Origin: Anthoceros angustus
Lineage: Eukaryota; Plantae; Anthocerotophyta
Length of the DNA stretch: 64,000 nucleotides
Assembly (NCBI GenBank): GCA_010909165.1
Contig: MU008176.1
Location: forward strand, 1,046,856-1,110,855
Direction: 5' to 3'
The position numbers and the translations under genes are program-made. This document shows, piece by piece, positions 25,664 through 38,843 of the stretch; within the stretch, counting starts at the first letter, position 1; each line of letters opens with the position of its first letter. The notes under the pieces are model-generated. The model was not told the origin of the DNA. It searched no databases and saw only the letters and a program-made list of their open reading frames with translations.

Positions 25664-28600
25664 TCATAACCACCTTCTGCGCTTGTCTGCGTTCTCCTTG
25701 ATGGTCTTGCTGAGCGTTTTTTGGTCCGAATCCTTGTCAAATGCAGCACCTCTTTTCTGAGCAGGTGATGTCGGGGTAGACTTCGGCTCCGGTATGCACC
25801 GCGGTGCCCTGGGTGTTCCCCCTCCTGTGATCAGTGAAAGATAGTTTTCGTCTGTAAAGAGAATATGCGCCTTCATCCTTGATTCGCCATGGTTCAAGGT
25901 ATGCATCACCGTGCCTGTCTTTGGTCTTCCCTCCTGCCCCTGGAGTATGTCTGGGAGTAAGTTTAATTTCTTGGTTCTGCCTCCACTGTACTCCTTGGTG
26001 GGGGCCTGAATCACGTTCCCTAGTATCTTGGATTCGGTCAGTGTTCCCTTCGGCAAGGTATCACCACTGCCTGCTTCAAGCGAAGCTGTAAGCTTTGATC
26101 GACTCTCTTTCCCATCACAGGTCTCTCCCACAGCAGAAAATGAGCTTTCCAAACTGAAGCGAAGACTGCTCCTTCCTGTCCTTTCCACGGGGAGGCTGGG
26201 CAATCTTCTTACTCGTTGAGGGGACGGCATTGTTATAGCCAAGAGCTCGTTCACCTGCAATTGCATCCAAGCAACGTCCCAAAGCTGTTCCTATGCTGCA
26301 GTGCAACCTTTGCAGGCGGAATTTTGCTGAACAGACGCACCTTCTTTTCCATGGAAGAAATCTCTTGTTTCAAACAAAAGATGTTGGCGTCCTTTCTCCT
26401 GCAAATATCTTCGAGTGCTGCCAATCTCTGTTCAAGTTGACATACCATGTCAGCATTGCTGGCTTGCTCCGAACACTAGGTCATCAGGAAGAGCAAACCC
26501 AGAAGCTTACCTGCTCATTTGCCTCTCTTGAAACTTGACTTGCCATAGTCAAACTTTCCAACTCTTCCCTTAGATGCTGTATCTCGGTTGACTTTTCAGA
26601 CAGCAAAAGTTGCTCAGCCTGCATACAAAATTGCCATGAGGTTTCCACAAGAACGCTTTCGTTTGCTGGCAAAAGGTCGTGAAATGCAGAGCGTCCCTGC
26701 AATACCTTTCTGCTGCGCGATACATCCTCATGGGCTTCCTCTTTCAGTCTCAATTGCTTTGTGAGCTCCACGAGTTCCTGATTAGCCTTGGCCTGAGCGG
26801 CAGCTAACACATTAACAGCTCAGTATGTTTGCTCTGGAAGGAGAGCTGGAGTCGCTCGTCAGAGAACAGACCTGGTTTTTCTTGTCAGCTTCAAGAGCCT
26901 CTGCAAGCTTCACTTCAGCTTCTCTTCTCTTTTTCTCACTTGATCTGATATACGACTTCATACTGCTCATTTGTGCTTCCATGCCCGCTACCTACAAAGG
27001 ATATCCAGAACCATGGATGGAGTCAAAAGGAACAATCTAATGATTAGAAGCAACTACCTGAGCACATACCTTGGAAGCAGCAATCTCCAAATCTGCTAAC
27101 AGTTGCTCTGCGACGAATTCTGGTGAGCTTGGGCAAAACCCCGGGGGCTGCTTTCCTCCATCGAGAGGTGCAATGATATTGTCAACAGCTTTGCTTACTG
27201 CTGCACGTAAGGCAGATGTCACATCAACCCCCCTGGTTTTCCAAGGAGACATATTCAGATCATAACCACCAGACCATTCTGACAGATCTGAGTGATTGGA
27301 AAGCCGCCGGTCATCCTGTTCGGCTGGCAGCCCTTGGGATCTCTGATTCTGGTCTCCACCGTCAGCTGACTGTAAGTAGGAAACCCCGTCTCCCTGTAGC
27401 TCCCCTCCATGCCTACTCCGCCATTCCTGCCACGAGCTGGTGCTGGCCTGCCTGGTAGCGTTCTTGGTTCCATCCTACACATATTGGAATATTTTGCTAA
27501 TAAACCGTCTCGCCTGCATGCACAAGCATTCTTTGCAATGGAAGGTTTAGGAGGGCAGGTCAAACCTTAGGACTGACATAGGACTTCTCAATATCTGAGG
27601 GGAAGATGTCCAGCGAAGTCAAAGCCTCGACCCCAAGTTTCTGACACATATCAATCACGGCAGTCTGCAGTGACGTTACCCTCCCTGTGGCGTGCTCCAC
27701 ACTTTCCTTCAAAGCTACCAAGACTGCACACCGAAGCAACTCGGGAGATGAGAAGCTCGGTGAAAACAAAATGGCAGCAGCATGATCTGCAACATATAAG
27801 TTGCTTCCTCACATTGCCTGCTAGCGATACCTTTGGCCCTGAGCCCTCCTGAGGCTTGGGCCTCAGTCCCTGCTTGCGTTACCCTCTCATACGTCTGGAA
27901 CTCTTTGGCCTGGGACATGACGAGTGACAGCAGCAAAAGAGAGAAGATGGAGGACCTCAATAGACCGAGAATTCATAAGCCTAGGACCCAACAGTAGTAC
28001 GAACAAGCACTGGGAGAACTCAAAAATGAAATCTCTTGTGGCTGACCCTGTCAATCACTGCTGTAAACGCGCTCATAACACCTGATGCTTCCTTCTCCAA
28101 TAGTGCTGTCACTTGCTTCTGCAACAACAACCATGTCCACGAGGAACAACTAAGGTGTCAAGGCCTCCAGCGATGAGATAGCTTGCTCTCGTTTCTTACA
28201 GTTGTTGATGCTAACGCTCTTGAAAGAATATTACACCCTCCCAACGACATATATCCATGTAGGTTATGCGCTTACCCGGATGCCAAGAATGACTGAGGCA
28301 CATTTGGCTTGCGCGGCTTCTCTCCCAGCTTCCACTCCTTCTGGAGTTCTGGTTGGCAGTTGCCACAATCTCGAAGTATCTTTTCCTACCTACAAGAAAG
28401 TGCAAGTTTCCATAGGGAAAAGCTGTATCACCAAAATGCTGCAGCTTCCAGCAACGACCTGGTGACAAGAGTGAACCTTACTGCGGGGCAAAGGTAACTG
28501 TTGCTACTTGTAATTCGAGGAAACCGCAGGGGACTCCCGTAGAAACTATCAAGGGACGTGACGGAGGAGTGGACCGATAACCACTCAGTAGGGTCCTCTA

Positions 28601-29683
28601 CGTCCAGCATAATGTCACCAAACAAGGGATTATCCCATCCTCGAGAGCTCTGTCGTTTCAGTCCCCCAGTAGCCTTGATGCTGTCGAACGTCAATATACA
28701 GCTTTCCAGTACCAGGTCCGAGTTTACTCTTGGATCTGCAGTTTCACACAATGCCTCCGTCGCCTGCTCCTCAATAGCAATTGCTGCAGTCTTATCAGAC
28801 AGCACTTTGTCCCACAACTCCCTCAGTTCTTGCCTTAGGAGCGCCAAAGATTGTTCCTGGCCATTATCAAGAAGCACACACAAGAACTTTCGGAAATTTG
28901 TCCCTGCTCAGAACTGCAAAACCTGCAAAACGCGTGAATAGCACGACCTCGTACCTTGGACTCAACAGCTTGTTGCAGGCTATTTATTTCCTCAACATTC
29001 CTTTCTTTAGATGCTGCCGCTGCAGCAGCTGCCACTGCTACCACAAGAACTCTTTGAAGAGGCGCAAATCCTTCCCACACCTCCGCCTCTCGGCCGTTAA
29101 GATGACTGCCCAACGTTGCCAAGCCAGAAGCAGCGTCTGGGTGGGCCGGCCCATGTTCCGTAGAGAACCAAGCAATGCTCCCATCTCGTGAATTATCAAG
29201 TACCGAAAACCCGACTAGAGAATCTCTGCACTGCAGTTGGGACCGCCCAACTATTCTTGGTCTCCTCATGTTCGATCGCCTCCCGTAAGGGCGGGCTCTG
29301 CTCGATCCCCACAGGCAGAGGCGGTGTATGGGGCCCACGGACACACCGACCGACGTTTCTTGCGGATCTTTTGCTGCTCCCTGAGACTCGCTGTCTCGCA
29401 GGGACAGCTGTGAGAACACTTCAAGCTGGTGCGGAATGCCGACACCGTCTTCCACCTTGCTCAACCCCCCGTCGCAGGGCCCTGAGCGAATTCGCTCGCA
29501 GAAAGACATTTCGTGAAACGGACTACCATCTCGACATAAAATTTCCGGCAAGTCGGCAAGGAATCCTACAACAGGGATCCGTCCGGCACTACCGTAAGTG
29601 TCGGATCCCGCTGCTGATGAATCTTTACACGCGCTGCCTGAAGATGCTCGTCTCCGGGCAGGAGCAAACCGGCGGTTGACCAT
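25664..29683 (-). CDS. Multi-exon coiled-coil protein of unknown function (exon structure only partly resolved; could be two genes)
   Basis: Successive minus-strand ORF blocks with heptad-rich content (LQRVLVVAVAAAAAAASKERNVEEINSLQQAVESK|GT; QEQSLALLRQELRELWDK; LEQRLAALEDICRRKDANI) ending at 25664. Start codon is tentative. Confidence 0.6.
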
Positions 29684-30503
29684 GCAGTGCATCATTTTCA
29701 GCTATCCGCCCCTTCCCGTCTCTTGGCCCTCATACAGACCTGCAACTCTCGATTCCACCTCCTAACGCTCACAAGAAAGGTGTTGAACATCCAAGAAACG
29801 ACACCTCCTCGGGTCCAGATGACAAAAGCTAGGACGAGAAAGAACTTCAAGAGCTGGTTCAGCAAGCAAGAAGCAGCTGGTTTGCCTGATGCCAGGGGGA
29901 AGGAGGAGCTGGTAAACAACCTCAGTGTCTGTGTCTGTCTCCCTGATGCATCAAGAACGAGCATCCCTGTGGACGATTCTCCGAGCACTCTTCCGGAATG
30001 GGCTAAGAAAACCCATCCAGCTCATCCACGTGTGTGCAAATGAGCAGAGCAGGAGCAGCCAGAAAGAGTGATTTGAGAGATTGGAAGCAGTCCACCTTCC
30101 GCAACAGGTGAACTCGGGACAGAAAGACGACCTTTTGCAGGTTTACAAGATGGTAGCCCACACCGGAGACCGAGACGATCGCGAGCGGCCACGAGTTTGA
30201 AGTGAAACATGTTCAAATTCAAAACGATAAAAAGGTTTTTTCAGAACTCGGGCTTACCAAGCCGGACAAGGTTTGGCGCGCACATCGGCATGCAACACTT
30301 CGTAGCGAACATTTCGCACAAAGTGACCGCATCCTAAGTCATACTTTAAAATTCATTACGATGGCCGTTATGTACAACGGGACTCATTCAAAATTGATTA
30401 CGATGGCCGATATGTCCACCGGGACTGCTTTCATTGCTCCAATATGCTCGTTATATATATCTAAATTAAAAAGACGTAATATAATTAAATTAATATTACA
30501 GTA

Positions 30504-30691
30504 TGTTGTAATAAATCTTGCTGAAAAATATTTTATCTAATTATATTAGGGTGATTAGTTCTTAATTATGGTATTATATATTTTATAATTTATAGTGTGT
30601 TGTAATAAATCTTGCTGAAAAATATTTTATCTAATTATATTAGGGTGATTAGTTCTTAATTATGGTATTATATATTTTATAATTTATAGTG
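30504..30691. repeat. Two-copy ~94-bp AT-rich tandem duplication
   Basis: TGTTGTAATAAATCTTGCTG...TTTATAGT occurs at 30504 and 30598. Confidence 0.85.
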
Positions 30692-31008
30692 TACTCTTAG
30701 ATTATGCCATCTTTGTGGTCTTATACCACCTTTGTGGTCTTTGATTGTGCCACCGCTGCGGACTTTTGCCACCTTTTGTGCACTCTTGCTTTGCCACCTT
30801 TGTGGTATTTTTCCATGCCATGGTCTTTATTATGCCACACCTCTCTGGCCTTTTGCCACCTTTGGTGGACTTTACGTTTACCATTTCTGTGGTCTTTTGC
30901 TTTGCCATAGGAGTCTTTTTCTTATGAAAAGACTCCTATGACAAAGCAAAAGACTCTAAGATTGCAAAAGACTCTAAGATTGCAAATTTTATTTGCAATC
31001 TTAGAGTA
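30692..31008. mobile_element. Stowaway-like MITE with internal hairpins
   Basis: TA|CTCTTAGATT ... AATCTTAGAG|TA, i.e. imperfect TIRs flanked by TA. Internal GCCACC/TTTGTGG repeats and two strong inverted repeats. Confidence 0.5.
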
Positions 31009-31019
31009 TTTTCTTATTG

Positions 31020-34000
31020 TGCTCATTAGACAGTGTCATATTCTTAGTAATACAATATCAACAAGAAAACTCTCATTCTCTCCTTTGTATTCTCATCATT
31101 ACACCTGTTGAGCTGGCCCTCTTGCCCCTCGTGGTTGGTGACAGAACGGGCTCGGGGTGGGGTTGCTGCCAGTGTCCTCCCGCCCCCTGGGCCGCATCCC
31201 TCTCCGCCCTTCTTACGGCCTCCTTTGCTTCCTGCCACTCCGTCGGCAAGGGCAAAGGGACCAGCGCATTGGTGGAGGCCGTCTTCCTCCTCTTTACCTC
31301 CAGCCTAGTCCGGCGGGGTTCGGTGGTGCAGGGCCGTTGTGGGGCTGGCTGACGGTGCGCAGCGACCACCAACTCCTCCTCATTGCAACCTCCTCCCAGG
31401 TGCTCGGTGGAGGGACTAAGGAGGAAGTAGGAATTTCTTCCACACTTCCGGGATGGCGAGGGGTCCGTTCGGGCGTATGGAGTCCGGAATCCTCCCAATC
31501 CTCCTCTTCGAGACTACTTTGGCCTTGGAAGGCGGCCCTCCGCCTCCGGCCTCCTCGCGCTCCGCCTCAAGTAGGGCCACTAGACCCTTCCGAGCGCGCT
31601 CTTCCTCTCCCTCCTTGGAGGTTAAGGTGCCCCCACACATGGATGATGAGCGGCGATAACGCCCGACGGGCGCTTCGCTCCATGACTTCTTGGCCTCTGG
31701 TTGATCTGGCGAAGATGATTCTTCCCGATCGGCCCTCTTCCTCTCTGAGGCGCGGAGGAACACCGGCAAGTTGTTACCAAGGTGGTCCACCTTGATGAGC
31801 ATATTCCAGTGGGCGATGATCTTCGCCACCGCCCTCACCGCTTTATCCAGCAGTCCGACATCGCCCACCCGTTTGAGGAGCGGCCCCCGCCTCAAGAGTG
31901 CCGCCCTTGCGCCCACCTTCCCTTCACCTTAAGGGCTGCAGGACTCGCCCCCAACTTCCGCCAGCGGTTGTAAACCGCCCTCAGGACCTCTACGGTCCAT
32001 CTCCTGGGGTCCTCCCTCAGATTCTTGGAGCGGACCTCCTTGTTGGCCACCGTCAACACCTTCCGGGCGTATTCCCGGACCAAGGCAACGCTGTCGAAGG
32101 TCCAAACAGCCTGGAAGATATCCAGTGCGATCCTCCACGGCTCCTCGCCTCATGGTCCGAGTCATCGGGTAGCGTTTGGTGATGTTCCGCTCCACCAGGC
32201 GCCAGGTTCCCAGACCTCTACCGCCTTCTTGGGCCCCATTGCATGCGCCTTCGAGACGTTGTGGCTTGAGGATCAACAGTTCTCCTTTTTCCCTTCGCGG
32301 CGTCGACCGCTCCGGTCGCGAAAGAGAGCCGCTCATAATCGCGCTCGGGCACTCGAAAAGACAGCGAGAGAGGGTGTCCGAGCGCAAGTATCAGCTGAAT
32401 CGCGAGAGAATGACCTTCGTTCGGGGCCAAAGGGTCGGGAATGGCAAGCATGGAAATCGCCTTTGCCGAGTCCCGCATGGCTTACTAGCTTCGTTGCCGC
32501 CGCCGCTCGCGTACTCTAGCCTTACTCTGGCGCATGTACCCGGAGCGTGAGTACTTGCCCATAACAACCACGGCAACCCTACGGTCCGGTCATGCGCCTC
32601 TCGGCCCGTCCATGTGGCCCCTCTTGCCAAAATCGCTTCCCGTTCCAAAGTTACTTTGGCCTTGGAAGGGCGGCCCTCCGCCTCCGGCGCTCTCCCCTCG
32701 CGCTCCGCCTCAAGTAGGGCCACTAGACCCTTCCGGAGCGCCCGCTCTTCCTCTCCCTCCTTCAGGAGGTTAAGGTGCCCCCACACATGGATGATGAACG
32801 GCGATAACGCCGACGGGGGCGGCTTCTCGCTCCGCAGCTTCTTGGCCTCCTGGTTGATCCTGGCGAAGATGATTCTTCCCCAGTCGGCCCTCTTCCCTCT
32901 CTGTAGGGCGCGGAGGAACACCAGCAAGTTGTTACCAAGGTGGTCCACCTTGATGAGCATATTCCAGTGGACGATGATCTTCGCCACCGCCCTCCCCCGC
33001 CCGTGGTCCGAGCATCACCACCCGTTTGAGGAGCGTCCCCGCCTCAAGAGTGCCGCCCTTGCCTTCCACCTTCCCTTCACCTTAGGGCTGCAGGACTCGC
33101 CCCCAACTTCCTCCAGGCGGATGCCTCGGGACCTCTGGTCCATCTCACGGGTCCTCCCTCGATTCTTGGAGCGGACCTCCTTGTTGGCCACCGTCAACAC
33201 CTTCCCGGCGTATTCCGGACCAAAAACTGGTCGAAGGTCCAAACACTGGAAGATATCCAGTGCGATCCTCCACGGCTCCTCCTCCGTGGTCCGAACCGGG
33301 TAGCGTTTGGTGATGTTCCGCTCCACAGGCGGGGTTCCCGACCTCACCGCCTTCTTGGGCCCCATTGCATGCGCCTTTCGGACGGTTGGTGGCAGGATCA
33401 GCAGTTCTCCTTTTTCCCTTCGCCGTCGGCCCGGTCATGAAAGCCGCTCATACAGCGCTCGGGCACTCGAAAAGACGCCGAAGGCGGGGTGTCCGAGCGC
33501 AAGTATTCACCAGCGCGAAGTCGCTCGAGAGAATGACCTCGTTCGGGGCCAAAGGGTGAAGCATGGAAACGCCTTGTGCCGTGTCCAGTCGCGTAACCTC
33601 CCAGCTTTACGTTGCCGCCGCTGCCTCTAGCCTTACTCGCGCGTACCGAGCGTGAGTACTTGCCCATAACAACCACTGGCAACCCTACGGTCCTGGTCCG
33701 CTGCATGCCTGTCTGCCTCTCAGCACCGTCCATGTGGCCCCTCTTGCCAAAATACGCTTCCCGTTCCAAAGTTACTTTTCGTGGCGTACTTATCGCGACT
33801 TACTCTGGAGTGCAGTCCGGACTTACCGCGATCTACCCCGGAGTGCGGTCCGCAGCCGCTCGGCCACTCCGGAGTGCGGTCCGGAGTCACCTGTCTACTC
33901 CGGAGTGCGGTCTGGAGTCACCCAGCCTACTCCGGAGTGAGGTCCGGAGTCACCTTATTACCCACCCTGGCCTTATTTCCTGTCTTGTTTCTCACTCCAC

Positions 34001-34030
34001 ACCCAAAAAAACCAAAAAACTAGCTCATTA
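31020..34030 (-). mobile_element. Degenerate TE-borne ORF ('DWGRIIFA' family) with an internal ~1.15-kb tandem duplication
   Basis: Frameshifted ORF pieces (HWNMLIKVDHLGNNL...KRADWGRIIFARINQE) occur twice (~31455-32640 and ~32645-33780). Homologous to 48.9-52.7 kb. A CCGGAGT repeat patch lies at 33800-33950. Confidence 0.7.
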
Positions 34031-34379
34031 CCTTCTAAGGGAGAGAGCCTACGGTCCACACCTACCTCCCAGCAACCTTCCAGAAGTACAAAAGGCAACA
34101 AGCACCACATTACACCAGATCAGCATCCACACTACAACCAGCATCAACACCGAGCCCTTAGCACCATCATACAGCATGAGCAAAGTTGCACTAGCTTGCA
34201 CCAAGTACTAACACCCCACCGATTTATGCACGCTGTGAGATGAAGTGGGACAAGAGCCTGAACAGGGGAAATCAGATCCAAGCAAGGTTAGACAACTAGC
34301 ACCCCCTTCAGCAGCCACCACCTAAATCCGGTAGCCACACATAGCATACGCATGCACCAAGCCCTAACAAATCCGACCG

Positions 34380-35290
34380 TAGAATGCTAGAAGATGAAGC
34401 AAGACATCAGCCTGAAAAGAGGAAATCATGGAGGCACTGTACAGTAAGATAATTATCACCAGAATCAACATCCAGAACATATGCTTGCATCCAACATCCA
34501 CTAGCGTCATCAGATTACCACCAGCACCAAGCCCTTACAGCCACGACGGATTAGAACACTAGAATAAGAAGGCGGGCATCAGCATGAAAATAGATAAGCA
34601 CTATCCAAGATGGGCAGCACAAGAGGAACAAAAACAGCAGACCACGGCCCCAGCCAAGCGCACGAAATCACACCGTTTGCGAGCACAAGCCGGCCTCTAG
34701 CGGGAGAGCAGTGCGCAAAAAGAAGCGCGCACCAACATCCAGGTTATCAGCAACATCAGTAGCCAACCCATATCACCAGCACCCATACATCAGAAGGAAA
34801 TCGCCAGCACCTGATGCCTACAGCAAATCTATTCAACCTCCTGCATCCACTACTAGGTTAGCACCAGATCACCAGCCACGACGAATTAGCTTAAATCCAA
34901 CATCCACGGTGAGACACACCGACCACCGGCCGCATCGAGCCAACTAGAACGCTAGAATAAACAGCAGGACATCAGCTTGAATAGAGGTGAGCCCTGTCGA
35001 AGATGGGCAGCACAAGAGCAACAAAAACAGCGGGCCTCGGCCCCAGCCAAGCGCACAAAATCACATAGGTCTGGAAACCATGCCGACCTTCAGCGGGAGA
35101 GCAGCGCGCAAAAAGAAGCGCGCATCAGCATCCAAATTACCAGCAACATCAGCAGCCAACCCATACCACCAGCACCCATACATCAGCAGGAAATCACCAG
35201 CACCCCCATCCTTCAGCCAATCTATCCGGCATCCTGCACCCACAACTAGGTTAGCACCACAGCCACATGTGCCCCAACATCACCAACCGT
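34380..35290. repeat. Diverged ~390-bp C/A-rich tandem repeat (2 clear units plus partial units)
   Basis: AAGATGGGCAGCACAAGAG...GCGCAAAAAGAAGCGCGCA...CAGCACCCATACATCAG recurs at ~34607 and ~34999. Confidence 0.75.
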
Positions 35291-35909
35291 CCACCCATGT
35301 TGAGTCCTGTAAATGATTTGGTATTTGGAAACTCCTTGTTGGATTGTGTCTTTGAGTGATTTTTTGTTTTTTTTTGCTAAGTTTGGTGTCAAGAAGAGCT
35401 AGGTTATTAGTAGGAAGGAATATTTACACTAGAAAGTGTCCTTGGCCTATGAGTTTTGGGTTGTTTTCTGGGTTGGATAATAATCGGTCCTTGGACTATG
35501 AACTTGGTACTCCTTGGCCTTCGGTCTTGGTATATTTAATAAAAATCCTATATAAGGGAAAGGGGGTCCTCATATTTAGCAAAGGCAATCAGGTCCATAG
35601 GCTAGTTGTCGAACCAGCTAGGGCGGTAGTTGAAATTGTGTGTGTAATTGGTCAAAAGTGTCTATGTTCGGCGGTAGAGGAACTGGAAGGGCGGGCGCTG
35701 GAGGAAGAAGTGGTAGCGGAAGCCGGTTGGTGGTCGTGGAAAGGCCTAGCCATGACCGATGATAGCTGCCTGCTACTCCTAACTTGGTCGATTACTCAGG
35801 TTCCTACCTTCCCACTCATGAGCTTCCCGCCGCCACCGGGGGCCTCCTTCACAGCGGCCGCTCATGCCCTATCAGGAATTGTCTGGAGCTACCCCTGACC
35901 GCCTGAACC

Positions 35910-36272
35910 ATGTCTTCGAAGGATGCGACGTCGCCTCCTGTTGCGCCGCTCATGGTTGCCTCAGAGGCGGGTTCTCCAACTTCGGTGGGGATTTCCGCTA
36001 CCCCGGTAGTAGACTGCAAGAGCATGGCGCTCAGGGCTGCAGCGGAAATTTCGACTGCCCAATGGCCCAATATGGACCATTGCAGGGTCCGGGCTGGAGA
36101 ATTGGTGAGGGAGCTGGGACTTGGGTTCATGGAAAAACGGTGGAACTATGTGAACCCAAGTCTAGTGCAGGAGTGTGCTCGCCAGCTGAAGGCTAAGTCA
36201 CAAGGGGAAGGAATCAGGGAAAGGCCACAGGATTGGGATGTGGAGATTTTAGGGGAGGATTTACCAGACTAG
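35910..36272 (+). mobile_element. N-terminal fragment of a TE-borne ORF related to the 54-57 kb ORF
   Basis: LGLGFMEKRWNYVNPSLVQE...GIRERPQDW resembles QLMVYGRQWAYTNLELIRVLHQSPSIRGSP at ~56400-56600. The ORF is truncated. Confidence 0.5.
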
Positions 36273-37380
36273 CGACGAGGAAGGAGGGCCCGTGGATTCG
36301 GCAGCAAAGGGCGAAGGGCCAAGCGACCAGATCGGAGGAGGGCGCAGAGATAACGTAGGCAGGGAGTAGTGGCATCCTAGGAATAGAACTTTGGATAGGA
36401 TTAGGTAGGATGCCATCCTGGACCCAAGGCCGTTCGAAATTGTAGGGGGCGCATCTTCGTTTCACCGTTTTAGGACACAGAAATTCGGTGGCTATGACGC
36501 CCTTGTTGTATAAAGGGGCTTGGTTGTGCCCCTCGCATAAGATAATTCCAGGTTGAGATCCCCACGCTGCCTGTGGCTGGTTGGAGACGTCTGATCCATG
36601 GAGGTGGTGTGCGCAAGACGCTCCTAGGGGTGGTCGAGAGCTTGCTCCGCAACCGGTGGGGGAAGGGTGATATAGCGTTCCTCGCTGACAACGGAGGAGG
36701 AAATCGAGGGATTGGCACGGGGCGGGTCTTGAGCTTGCTCATAACGCCTGCTGTGACGCCCGAGAATTCTTCTTTCCCTTACCCTTTGCCCGTTGGCTGT
36801 GTTCCGAAATTGAGAGAGAGTGTGTGTGTGTGGGTGGAAGCCTGCGGGGCGAATCGAGAGAGAGAAAGAAGATAAGGTGAAGGAGTGACCGAACACTGTA
36901 CGCGATGTGAGGTGTGAGGCCGTAGAAAGAAGTTGAGAAGGAGAACTAATTGGGGAACTAACGGTGAAGATTGTTGTGGATCGAAGAGAATCTAAACTGG
37001 TGCTGTCGGTGGAAGTGTGAGGGATCTGAGGGACTTCGGTCCCTAGAAATCGGTGTGTGCATGAAGTGTGGAGTGCAAAATAAAGTCTGATATGTGAGCA
37101 GCGGTAGCCGTCCGTGGCAGGATCCACGGCGCCACACGCCAGAAATAAGTTGCCAGGGTTTGGTGTGGGACCCACCCCGGTAGTCGTAGCAACTACTCGG
37201 CAGTGGTGAGAGCCACCACGGTAGTAGCTCGGGAACGGGGGTTGTGGAATAAGACCCATGGTCGGGGAATAAGATCTGGGGTAGTTAGACAAGTCGGGAG
37301 GTAGTAGTAGTTGAGTAGATAGGTAAGAGGAGTGATAGCAGGTAAGTCTTGACTTAGGCGAAGGTCAGTAGTGATAGAAG

Positions 37381-38240
37381 TTAGCGTTCTTTGGCACAAA
37401 CCATTCTCTTGGGAGCGAATCCTAGGCCTACAACGACATTGAGGGTGAATGTGGACCTCATGGTGTCTCTAGACACAAGTTTCCACTCCACAAGTCCCGA
37501 TACCCCGCCCATGTTGTTCAGCCCCGTAAAGTTGCAACACCTCACGCAGCCCTGAGAAGACGAACCTTTGCCGACGATGTCTCTAAATTCTTCCCCTGCA
37601 GTTGGCTGCTCATTTGAATCGTGTAACTGCTCTGCCCCGGCGTCACTAAATGTGGCCTCCACTCCTGTCGACTCCCGTTCCACCTCGTGATCACCTGGAG
37701 TAGAAGAGGCTTTATAAGCCTTAGGAGGTGAGACAGGGGAGGGAGCGAAGCCTCTGTGGCGGGACGCAGGCTAGCCGACAATCTGTGAGAGAGCCGCAAT
37801 CGGCTCCTCCTTGTCCTCCTCCGACACCATTTCTTCAACTTGCACCTCCTTCTCTTCCATCCCAGTGTTCTTCCCCTTCGCCTCCTTTGCTTCCTTCGCC
37901 TCCTTCTTCGCCTCGGTCTTCAAAAGGAAGGCTGCCCAACTCAAAGCTTTGCATAGTTTCTTCGCTACTAAAAGTCCCAGGGCCATGGACCTGGGCACCC
38001 GTTGAGAGTTGCACCCGCCTGGGCATTTCCCATAGATGTGGTTTAATAGATCATCTACGTGCCTCCACTCCTGAGGTGAGAGTTTGTCTGTGCCTTGCCA
38101 TACAAAGCCTATGTTCTCGTTTCATACCTTGCCAAAGGCATCAGACAACACGTCCGGCCCTCCCAATCTCTCCTTCAAACCCATCAAAAACTTGTCGTTT
38201 CGAACGTCCAAGCCTTTCTCGCGGAGCTTCCCATCACCAT
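37381..38240 (-). mobile_element. Degenerate TE-like ORF (LLNHIYGK...SMALGLLVAKKLCKALSWAAFLL plus K/E-rich coiled coil)
   Basis: Stop- and frameshift-broken ORF in a TE cluster. The 'LSWAAF' motif is loosely analogous to the DWG motif (inference). Confidence 0.4.
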
Positions 38241-38843
38241 CGTGCCCATCATCACAAATTTTATCCCCCCCAGATTCTGCACGGTTGCCGTGTGGATCAT
38301 TTCTTGTGTAGATTCCATGAGAAAAAATGGTATTTTTTCAATATGGTTTCAGTCCACACTGAAGTTCGTCTCAAATTGTTATATGGATTCAATGTTGAAA
38401 AAGGTTTCCAAAGATTCCGTGGCGATACAATATAGATTGCGCATGTTACCTTGCAGCAAACTCCACACATGTTCAACATTTATTCCATGTTTTGATATAT
38501 TGTTGATTTCCATGTCAAAATACCTTATGATGCTCATATTGTTTCTTTTTAATAGAAACTATATAAATCTCATGTGGATAGTATGTTGATTAAACGATCA
38601 TATTCCATATTGATTACATGTAACATAAATATCTAATAATAATACTATTTTATGATAAATTATATATATAGTTAATATATATTAAATAATTAAACAACCT
38701 CATGAATGTTTTATATGGAAACTCCATCGACATAACATATATTTGAGGTTCCATATTCAAGGATTCTATAGTATAATATATTAATAAGAAATATTTTTAA
38801 TATAGCAATCTCGTGGATGTGCTATATGGAAACTCCATCGAAA

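Noticed and set aside
36280-37400. Solo LTR or PBS (GGCGCCA at ~37130)
   Set aside because: The composition is LTR-like, but there are no defined TG/CA ends, TSD or second copy to support boundaries.
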